56,630 bases of DNA from Methanobacteriota archaeon (lineage in GTDB: Archaea; Halobacteriota; Halobacteria; Halobacteriales; Haloferacaceae). Below the pieces are notes generated by a model. That model was given only the letters and a program-made list of their open reading frames with translations, made no database searches and was not told where the DNA came from. Of the stretch, positions 49,269-56,630 are shown one piece after another (positions within the stretch are counted from its first letter, which is position 1; every line of letters starts with the position of its first letter). Position numbers and translations under genes: made by a program. The stretch covers positions 1-56,630 of the forward strand of contig JBNJEE010000001.1 in the NCBI GenBank assembly GCA_051745525.1, given 5' to 3'.

Positions 49269-50910
49269 GGAGCTCACCCTCCTCCCGTTCTTCTGGCGGG
49301 CGACGCGGCTCTTCCCGGAGACGGAGGTCGTCTCGCGCACTCACGACGGCGTCGACCGCTACACCTACGCCGACTTCGGCGACCGCGTCCGCCGGCTCGC
49401 GGCCGCGCTCGCCGACCTGGACGTCGAGCCCGGCGACCGCGTCGGGACGCTCGGGTGGAACACCCACCGCCACCTCGAGGCGTACTACGCGGTGCCCCTC
49501 TCCGGCGCGCAGCTCCACACGGTGAACCTCCTCTTACAGGACGACAACGTCGAGTACATCATCAACGACGCCGCAGACGACGTGCTGATCGTCGACCGCG
49601 ACGCGGTGGCGATCCTCGACCGGCTGTGGGACCGGATCGACGGCGTCCGCGAGGTCGTCGTCATGGACGACGCGGTCCCGGAGACGGAGGCCGACCTGCC
49701 GCTGTCGTCGTTCGAGGAGCTGCTCGCGGACGCCGACCCGATGGACTCGTGGCCGTCGCTCTCGGAGGACGACCCGGCCGGGATGTGTTACACCTCCGGG
49801 ACGACGGGGAAGCCGAAGGGCGTCGAGTACACCCACAAGATGCTGTACGCCCACGCGATGATGGTGATGACGCCCGCCGCGCTCGACATCGCCGAGGAGG
49901 ACGTGGTGATGCCGGTCGTCCCCATGTTTCACGTGAACTCCTGGGAGTTCCCGTACGCCGTGACGATGGCGGGCGCAAAGCAGGTGTACCCGGGACCGTC
50001 CCCGGACCCCGCCGACCTCGTCGAGCTGATCGAAGAGGAGGGTGTGACGCTCACCGCGGGCGTCCCGACGGTGTGGATCGACGTGCTCGATCACTTGGAC
50101 GAGCACGGCGGCGACCTCTCGTCGCTGGAGCGCATCGTCGTCGGCGGCAGCGCCGCGCCCCGCGAAGTGATGCGCCGGTACGAGGACGAACACGACGTGA
50201 CGATCGAACACGCGTGGGGGATGACCGAGACGATGAGCATCGGCTCGGTCTCTCGGCCGACCTCCGGAACCGCCGACGGCGACCGCGAGGCGGAACTCGA
50301 CAAGCGGGCGAAACAGGGGCTGCTCTCTCCCGGGCTGGAGATGCGGGTCGTCGGGGACGACGGCGAATCGGTTCCCTGGGACGGGGAGGCGTTCGGCGAG
50401 CTGCTCGTCCGAGGGCCAACGATCGTCGGGGAGTACTACAACCGACCGGAGGCCAACGAGTCGGACTTCCTCGCGGCCGAGGACGGCGGCGCTCGGTGGC
50501 TCCGCACCGGCGACATCGTCACCGTCGACGAGGACGGGTACGTCGAGGTCGTCGACCGCGCCAAGGACGTGATCAAGTCCGGCGGCGAGTGGATCTCCAG
50601 CATCGAGCTGGAGAACGCCCTGATGGCGCACGACGACGTCGCCGAGGCCGTCGTGATCGCGGCGCCGCACGAGCGCTGGCAGGAGCGGCCGCTGGCGTTC
50701 GTCGTGCCGAAGGCGGGCCGCGAGCTCGACGTGGACGCCGTCCGGGCGTTCCTCGAAGAGGAGTTCCCGCGCTGGTGGCTCCCGGACGACGTGCGGTTCC
50801 GCGAGGAGATCCCGAAGACCGCGACCGGGAAGTTCGACAAGAAGACGCTCCGGGAGACCGTCGAAGAGCCGGAGCTCCCCTACGCGCCGGGCAACGGGGG
50901 TGGCGAATGA
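49261..50910 (+). CDS. Medium/long-chain acyl-CoA synthetase (AlkK/LvaE-like)
   Basis: YTSGTTGKPKG, PMFHVNSW, WGMTE, RTGD, IKSGGEWISS, PKTATGK. Confidence 0.93.
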   Translation: MPEELTLLPFFWRATRLFPETEVVSRTHDGVDRYTYADFGDRVRRLAAALADLDVEPGDRVGTLGWNTHRHLEAYYAVPLSGAQLHTVNLLLQDDNVEYIINDAADDVLIVDRDAVAILDRLWDRIDGVREVVVMDDAVPETEADLPLSSFEELLADADPMDSWPSLSEDDPAGMCYTSGTTGKPKGVEYTHKMLYAHAMMVMTPAALDIAEEDVVMPVVPMFHVNSWEFPYAVTMAGAKQVYPGPSPDPADLVELIEEEGVTLTAGVPTVWIDVLDHLDEHGGDLSSLERIVVGGSAAPREVMRRYEDEHDVTIEHAWGMTETMSIGSVSRPTSGTADGDREAELDKRAKQGLLSPGLEMRVVGDDGESVPWDGEAFGELLVRGPTIVGEYYNRPEANESDFLAAEDGGARWLRTGDIVTVDEDGYVEVVDRAKDVIKSGGEWISSIELENALMAHDDVAEAVVIAAPHERWQERPLAFVVPKAGRELDVDAVRAFLEEEFPRWWLPDDVRFREEIPKTATGKFDKKTLRETVEEPELPYAPGNGGGE

Positions 50911-51734
50911 GCGGCGACGACGCGACGCCGACCGAAGACGCGGCGCCGACCGACGGCGGGGCGGCGCCCGCAGACGCGCTTCCGGATCTCTCGGGGAAGG
51001 TCGCCGTCGTCACCGGGGGCGGGCGTGGGATCGGCCGCGCCATCACGCTCGGACTGGCCGCCGCGGGGGCGACGGTCGTCCCCTCGGCGCGGACGGCCGC
51101 GGAGGTCGAGGCCGTCGCCGAGGAGGCCCGCGATTTGGGCGTCGACGCGCGCGGGATCACCGCCGACGTGACCGACGACGACGACGTCGAGGCACTGGTT
51201 GAGGAGACCGTCGACGCGTTCGGGTCGCTCGACGTCCTCGTCAACAACGCCGGGTTCAACCCGGGAGACGCGCTCGGCGACCCGACCGAGGTCGATCCCG
51301 ACGCGGTCGACGGCGTGCTCGACGTGAACCTGCGGGGCGCGTTCCGGACCCTCCGGGCCGCCGGCTCGCACCTGCGGGAGGCCGAGGGGAGCGTCGTCAA
51401 CGTCGCCAGTGTGGCGGGGGAGGTCGGCCTGCCGAAACAGCACCCGTACGTCGCGTCGAAGCACGGGCTCGTCGGGCTGACGAAGAGCGCGGCGATGGAT
51501 TGGGCGCCCGACGTGCGGGTGAACGCCGTCGCCCCCGGCTACGTCGCAACCGACCTCACGGAGACGCTCCAGGAGAACGAGCGGCTCCGGCAGTCGATCT
51601 TAGACCGGACGCCGCTCGACCGCTTCGCCGAGCCGACGGAGATTGCGGGCCCGGTCGTCTTCCTCGCGAGCGAGGCGGCGAGCTTCGTCACCGGCGAGAC
51701 GCTCGCCGCGGACGGCGGGTGGACGGCGCGGTGA
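50907..51734 (+). CDS. SDR oxidoreductase (FabG/LvaD-like)
   Basis: TGGGRGIG, NNAG, YVASK, DGGWTA; ATGA overlap. Confidence 0.9.
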   Translation: MSGDDATPTEDAAPTDGGAAPADALPDLSGKVAVVTGGGRGIGRAITLGLAAAGATVVPSARTAAEVEAVAEEARDLGVDARGITADVTDDDDVEALVEETVDAFGSLDVLVNNAGFNPGDALGDPTEVDPDAVDGVLDVNLRGAFRTLRAAGSHLREAEGSVVNVASVAGEVGLPKQHPYVASKHGLVGLTKSAAMDWAPDVRVNAVAPGYVATDLTETLQENERLRQSILDRTPLDRFAEPTEIAGPVVFLASEAASFVTGETLAADGGWTAR

Positions 51735-51763
51735 GTCGTCGGCGGTCGTAGTTCTCGGGGACC

Positions 51764-52831
51764 TTACAACCGCTCTGTCTCGCCCTCGACGTACGCGAGC
51801 GTCCGCGCCGCGAGCTCGGGGACCTGCGTCTCCATCTTCGGGTAAAGCGGGTCGTCGCTGTCGTCGTTCAGGTGCCGCGCGAGGAACATCTCGCCGAGCG
51901 CGGCCATCTTGTACGCCGCGAGCGCGCGGTAGAACCGCTCGTGGGCGAACACTCGGCCGGTCGCCGACTCGTACCGGTCGATCAGCTCGGCGCGCGTCAG
52001 GTACCCCTCGCGGGCGGTGAACGTCGACATCAGGTCGGGCATCGCGGGGTCCGGGTCGCCCTCGTCGTACCAGAACAACAGCAGCCAGCCGAGGTCGGCG
52101 AGGGGGTCGCCGAGCGTCGACAGTTCCCAGTCGAAGACCGCGACGACCTCCGGCGGCGTCCCGGGCCCGTACATCACGTTGTCGAGCTTGAAGTCGCCGT
52201 GGACGAGGGTCTTCGGGTGGTCGCGGGGGACGTTGTCGGCGAGCCACTCGCCGACGGCGACCAGGTCGGGCACCTCCCTGACGGCCTCCGTCGTTCCGAA
52301 GGCCCACTCAAGCTGGTCCGTCCAGCGCTCGACCTGCCGGGCCGTGTACCCCGCCGGGCGACCGAACTCGCCGAGCCCGACCGCCCCGTAGTCGACCGCG
52401 TGGATCGCCGCCAGCGTGTCGACGAGTTCGGTCCCGATCCGTTCGCGGGCAGCCGGGTCGGCGAACCGCTCCGGCTCGGCGTCGCGCAACACGTCGCCGT
52501 CGGCCCGCTCCATGACGTAGAAGTCGCTCCCGAGCACGGCGGCGTCGTCACAGGCGCGCAGCGTCAGGGGAACCGGGACGCCGGTGTCGCCGAGCGCGTC
52601 GACGACGCGGTGCTCGCGGAGCACGTCGTGGGCCGTGTCGGCCGTCTCGCCGGGCGGCGGCCGCCGGATCACCAGCTCGCGGTCGCCCCACGTGACGAAC
52701 AGCGTCTCGTTGGAGTGCCCCTCGGCGTGCCGCTCCACCTCGAACGCGTCCGCCGGCCCGAACTCGGCCTCGAGGTACTCGCCGAGCGCGTCGGCGTCGA
52801 CCAGCCTGTCGAGGTAGTCCGCGTCGGTCAC
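51764..52831 (-). CDS. APH-family phosphotransferase (ACAD10/11 kinase domain / LvaA-like)
   Basis: GHSNET, RRPP, AHDVLRE, HGDFKLDN, DWELSTLGDPLADL. Confidence 0.92.
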   Translation of the reverse strand: MTDADYLDRLVDADALGEYLEAEFGPADAFEVERHAEGHSNETLFVTWGDRELVIRRPPPGETADTAHDVLREHRVVDALGDTGVPVPLTLRACDDAAVLGSDFYVMERADGDVLRDAEPERFADPAARERIGTELVDTLAAIHAVDYGAVGLGEFGRPAGYTARQVERWTDQLEWAFGTTEAVREVPDLVAVGEWLADNVPRDHPKTLVHGDFKLDNVMYGPGTPPEVVAVFDWELSTLGDPLADLGWLLLFWYDEGDPDPAMPDLMSTFTAREGYLTRAELIDRYESATGRVFAHERFYRALAAYKMAALGEMFLARHLNDDSDDPLYPKMETQVPELAARTLAYVEGETERL

Positions 52832-53030
52832 GGCCGGTCTCCCCCCGTTCGACGCCGGCTGGAGGCGACGGCGGCCGACTGAACTGTGCCCGAACGGCTT
52901 TCATCGGTTGTCGCATATTCGACTAACATTGTAAATCTATTTTTCAGTACAAGGGGGATAAGTTTCGCGTAATATAGAATTTTGGGAGAATAGCCGGAAC
53001 CACTATTTACATTGCTAAATAATAGTCGGT

Positions 53031-54251
53031 ATGGAGTACGACGACATCGGACGCGGCCCGGAGGTCGCCGACGCCGTCAGGGAGTTCGTCGAGGAGACGG
53101 TGCTGCCGGTGGAACAGGAGTGGCTCGGCCGGGGGCCGATCCCGCCGGCGGAGATCGAGGCGCTGCGCGACGCCGCGCGCGACGAGGGTATCTACGCCCC
53201 GCAGGTCGACGAGGAGTACGGCGGGCTCGGACTCGGCTTCCGCGAGATGCTGCCCGTCTTCGAGGAGGCGGGGCGGAGCCTGCTCGGCCCGACGGCGCTC
53301 CGGTGTGCGGCGCCGGACGAGGGGAACATGCATACCCTCGAGATCGCGGCCACCGACGAGCAGAAGGAGCGCTGGCTCCGCCCACTCGCGGCCGGCGAGA
53401 TCGACTCCGGGTTCGCGATGACCGAGCCGATGCAGGGCGGGGGGTCGGACCCGAAGATGCTGGGGACGACCGCGGAGAAAGACGGCGACGAGTGGGTCAT
53501 CGACGGCCACAAGTGGTGGACGACCGGCGGGCTCGACGCCGACGTGTTCCTGACGTTCGCGCGGACCGACAAAGAGGCGCACCCGTACGCGGGCTGTTCG
53601 GTGATCCTCGTGCCCGCCGACGCCGACGGCGTCGAGGTCGTCCGGAACATCCCGCACCTCGGCGAGGGGCTGGTGGGGACGACCCACGCCGAGATCCGGT
53701 TCGACAACGTCCGGGTCCCGATCGAAAACACGCTCGGCGAGGAGAACGAGGGGTTCACGCTGGTCCAGCAGCGGCTCGGCCCGGCCCGGCTCACCCACTG
53801 TATGCGGTACGCCGGGATGGCCGACCGCGCGCTCGACATCGCGACCGCCTACCTCTCCGAGCGGGAGGGGTTCGGCGAGCCGCTCTCGGAGAAGCAGGGG
53901 CCGCGGTTCCGGATCGCCGACAGCCGAACCGAGCTCCACGCCGCCCGCACGATGGTGCGGCACGCCGCCGGGCGGATCGCCGACGGCCACGAGGCGCGCA
54001 TCGAGGTGGCGATGGCGAAGACGTTCGCGGCGAACGTGACCCAGGAGGCGATCGACGACGCACTCCAGTTCTGCGGCGGGAACGGGATCGCCTACGACCT
54101 GCCGATCGCGCGCTTCCACGAGAACGTCCGGCAGTTCCGGATCGTCGACGGCGCCGACGAGGTCCACCGGCGGTCGATCGCCCGGGACGCTTTCGAGGAC
54201 CCGCCGACGGAGGAGTTGGAGACGGTTACTCGGTTCGGCGAGTTCGACTAA
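53031..54251 (+). CDS. Acyl-CoA dehydrogenase (ACAD10/11 / LvaC / FadE2-like)
   Basis: CAAPDEGNM, FAMTEP, GHKWWTTG, RLGPARLTHCMR, RIVDGADEVH. Confidence 0.93.
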   Translation: MEYDDIGRGPEVADAVREFVEETVLPVEQEWLGRGPIPPAEIEALRDAARDEGIYAPQVDEEYGGLGLGFREMLPVFEEAGRSLLGPTALRCAAPDEGNMHTLEIAATDEQKERWLRPLAAGEIDSGFAMTEPMQGGGSDPKMLGTTAEKDGDEWVIDGHKWWTTGGLDADVFLTFARTDKEAHPYAGCSVILVPADADGVEVVRNIPHLGEGLVGTTHAEIRFDNVRVPIENTLGEENEGFTLVQQRLGPARLTHCMRYAGMADRALDIATAYLSEREGFGEPLSEKQGPRFRIADSRTELHAARTMVRHAAGRIADGHEARIEVAMAKTFAANVTQEAIDDALQFCGGNGIAYDLPIARFHENVRQFRIVDGADEVHRRSIARDAFEDPPTEELETVTRFGEFD

Positions 54252-54272
54252 GCCGCAGGTCGCGGACGGCGG

Positions 54273-54803
54273 TCACGCCTCGTCGCCGTCTTCCTGAAAC
54301 ACCTCGAACAGCTCGGGGTCGGTCCCGAACTTGAGGACGTTCGTCACGACGGAGTTGCGGAGGTTGGTGATGAGCTCGCCGTACTCCTTGTAGAAGTCGT
54401 GGATCCACTTCGACTCCTGCTCGCGGTCCTTGAACATCATGATGGTCTTCCACTGGTATTCGCCGTCCGAGAGGAAGTACATAAACGTGTGGCGGCTCGA
54501 CCGGATGTGTTCGAGCGCGTCCCGCCAGTTCTCCTCGAACCCCTGGGGGTTGAACTGGAACTCGAACAGCGAGAAGAAGAGGTGCTCCTCGTTGGGGACG
54601 AGCGCCTCGCGGAACACGCCGTCCTCGCGCATCCGCCGGATCGACTCGCTGACGGTCACGTGCGAGACGTCGATGTCGTGCTCCTCCTCAAGCAGGTCTC
54701 GGAGCTTCCGGGAGGTGAGCTGCGGGTCGCGCGCGAGTTCCTGAAGAATGATCGTGTCCCGTTCGGAGAGGTTCCAGTCGGGACGCGGCTGTTTCTCGGG
54801 CAT
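54273..54803 (-). CDS. Lrp/AsnC-like winged-HTH transcriptional regulator
   Basis: LSERDTIILQELARDPQLTSRKL...VSHVTVSESIRRMREDGV. Confidence 0.8.
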   Translation of the reverse strand: MPEKQPRPDWNLSERDTIILQELARDPQLTSRKLRDLLEEEHDIDVSHVTVSESIRRMREDGVFREALVPNEEHLFFSLFEFQFNPQGFEENWRDALEHIRSSRHTFMYFLSDGEYQWKTIMMFKDREQESKWIHDFYKEYGELITNLRNSVVTNVLKFGTDPELFEVFQEDGDEA

Positions 54804-54834
54804 TCCCTCCGTATGCGTGGACGCGTCACGGTAA

Positions 54835-55059
54835 TCAGTATTTGGGCTGCGCTCGGCGGCGGTCCGTCTCGAACTGGGTGTCCTGCTTGCGAAGGATGAT
54901 GTTCCCGAAGAAGTGCGACTTCTCCTCCGGGAGGTACAGGAGGTCCTCGAACAGGTCCGTGAGCTGGGGCTCGGTCCACGAGTAGCTGCGCTGGTAGATC
55001 GGGATATCGAACAACCCGTCCGTCAACAGGGAATCGAGATGGACCGTGCGGGTTTCCAT
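54835..55059 (-). pseudogene. Truncated DUF262 (GmrS/ParB-like) protein, N-terminal 74 aa only
   Basis: FDIPIYQRSYSW and HFFGNII signature; stops before the expected DGQQR motif. Confidence 0.75.
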
Positions 55060-55382
55060 GGTGGGACGGCGGTGTGCCTGCCAGTATAAGTCGTGGTTGT
55101 CACGTTCCGGGGAGAGAGAACAGACCGAAATGCCGCGTCCAAGTTTCGGCAGCGCCCGTCGGTCAGGGTAGTCGATGGGAGAGGGGGGTGCGTCCGACAA
55201 GACGGCGAGAATGGACGGCACCGACACAGCGAGTTCGTTCCACCGGTAGAATCAGCGGTCAGTTGGAACCGAGAGCGGAGAGACACGGTTCGAACTCCGC
55301 CTGGAATTCGTCCATCGCATCCACCCCCCATTCGACCAAGTGATTCAGAATATTTTTATCTCAGACCCACTAACTCAGGGCC

Positions 55383-55507
55383 ATGATAGGCTTCGTGAAC
55401 CGCTCAGAGGAGTTAGATCGGCTTCACAGCCTTTTCGGCTCGGAGAACGCGGATCTCGCAGTCGTATACGGACGGCGACGGCTGGGAAAGACGAGACTCG
55501 TCAAGAC
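55383..55507 (+). pseudogene. N-terminal fragment of an archaeal ATPase (ATPase_2/DUF234-type), cut by the IS
   Basis: MIGFVNRSEELDRL...VVYGRRRLGKTRLVK, Walker A, then the IS end. Confidence 0.8.
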
Positions 55508-56437
55508 TGCTGTGTTGAATAGATTCTGAGTCACAGTTACAGCGGCTCACAGAGTGGTTCTATGTTGGTGATGGCGAACATCAGGACAATTTCACGGAAC
55601 TGCCGATACCAGCCCAGCGCTCGCACGGCGTCGCCGAGCGAGCGCTTCGTAGTCGAATACGATGTTTCGGCCATCCACCGCTGAGAGTAATCTTTTACTC
55701 GGTTGAGCGCGTTGGTCGCGGCTGCGTTCGCTGACGACCCGCGGTAGTGAACAAGGTACTCAACGTCATATGCGGCGATTTCGTACTCGGTGTGCCAGTC
55801 TTGGAAGCCGTTGTCGGCGGCGACGGACTGCAGGTCGTCCGCGTTTCGTCGGACGACCTGCGGTCCGGTCTTCGTATCATGCTTCCATCGAGTTGCGATG
55901 TGAACATCAAGCACAGCAAGCGATTCCACATCAGTCAATGTCGTCACTTTCAGCGTCTGTATCGTCCGTCCTGCCCGCTGGCGGAAGTACGACGACGCAC
56001 GTCGGCGGTCGAAGAACGTGCTGTCGAGAGCAGCGTGGCCGGACTGCGGGTGCTGCTGCGCGGAAACGCGCAGCAGCGCCCGCCAAACCCACATTTTCAG
56101 CCGATCAAACGACTTGTAGAGCGTGGTGTGATCGGGGAGATCGTCCCGATCTAAGCCGAGAGCGTCACGAACTTCAGCCATGTACTGCAGCCGATTCGGC
56201 GTTTCGCGGTAGCTGTGGTCGTCTTCGAGTCGAAAACAGTGCAGAACAACGTGGACCCAGCGGGCGAACCCGCCGCTGGCGGGCTCGCCCGCGTGCTTCC
56301 CCAACGCTTGTTTAGCTAGGTCACGACACTGCTCAATGAAGTCGAGGATATCGATTTCCATACCAACTTCGATTTCCTCGGCTTCATCCTTCTAAACCGT
56401 CGATATCGGCAGATAAGATCGCTATTCAACACAGCAG
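55507..56437. mobile_element. IS5-family haloarchaeal insertion sequence (~930 bp)
   Basis: Perfect 16-bp inverted repeats ctgctgtgttgaatag 55507-55522 / 56422-56437; lower GC; single transposase ORF. Confidence 0.93.
55537..56361 (-). CDS. IS5-family DDE transposase
   Basis: PDHTTL, ALDSTFF, AADNGF, YSQRWMAETSYSTTKR. Confidence 0.92.
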   Translation of the reverse strand: MEIDILDFIEQCRDLAKQALGKHAGEPASGGFARWVHVVLHCFRLEDDHSYRETPNRLQYMAEVRDALGLDRDDLPDHTTLYKSFDRLKMWVWRALLRVSAQQHPQSGHAALDSTFFDRRRASSYFRQRAGRTIQTLKVTTLTDVESLAVLDVHIATRWKHDTKTGPQVVRRNADDLQSVAADNGFQDWHTEYEIAAYDVEYLVHYRGSSANAAATNALNRVKDYSQRWMAETSYSTTKRSLGDAVRALGWYRQFREIVLMFAITNIEPLCEPL

Positions 56438-56490
56438 ACGATTTACGTCTCTATACGATCGACGACATTGTTGCCGCGCTCGGAGAGTGA
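56437..56490 (+). pseudogene. Probable extreme C-terminus of the same ATPase
   Basis: DDLRLYTIDDIVAALGE-stop directly after the IS, resembling DUF234-ATPase C-termini. Confidence 0.5.
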
Positions 56491-56530
56491 GCAATTGAAG
56501 CGCGGCGAAAAGCGAGATAGCGGTGAATTA

Positions 56531-56629
56531 CTACTCTCGCCGCTCAGTGAGCGTTTCCTCTAACTTCGTCGCTGCGCGCTCGAAGTGCTCGCTGAGCAAC
56601 GGCGTCCCGGATGCCGCCCGGTCCCTGAG
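56531..56629 (-). CDS. Possible 3' end of a gene extending beyond the window
   Basis: Open frame LRDRAASGTPLLSEHFERAATKLEETLTERRE ending in tandem TAG TAA. Confidence 0.35.
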   Translation of the reverse strand, partial: LRDRAASGTPLLSEHFERAATKLEETLTERRE

Positions 56630-56630
56630 G

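Noticed and set aside
52548-52916. Possible LvaB-like small ORF upstream of the kinase
   Set aside because: Overlaps the kinase out of frame, Arg-rich, no recognisable similarity
55275-55305. GGTTCGAACTCC hairpin resembling a tRNA T arm
   Set aside because: No acceptor, D or anticodon arms could be built around it

Overview
High-GC, acidic-proteome DNA typical of a haloarchaeon (Halorubrum-like by composition and gene content; inference). Bases 1-29.7 kb are mostly core chromosome: amidohydrolase, pyrG-guaA cluster, tRNA-Leu(CAA) with a disrupted tandem copy, tyrS, a Ski2-like helicase, mcm with a 175-aa mini-intein followed by a minD cluster, and pheST. The strongest candidate for an undescribed system is 29.9-35.1 kb. 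A secreted subtilase ending in a cohesin plus a dockerin sits next to a membrane-anchored single-cohesin protein, and both are divergent from a membrane-tethered wHTH protein. This looks like a cellulosome-like, possibly self-polymerising surface protease complex. Downstream are a galactonate (DeLey-Doudoroff-like) cluster, two point-mutated genes, msrA, and an lva/ACAD10-11-like acyl-CoA catabolic cluster whose promoters share a motif. The window ends in a decayed islet (DUF262 fragment, ATPase split by an IS5-family element). Family assignments come from motif recognition by eye; no searches were run.
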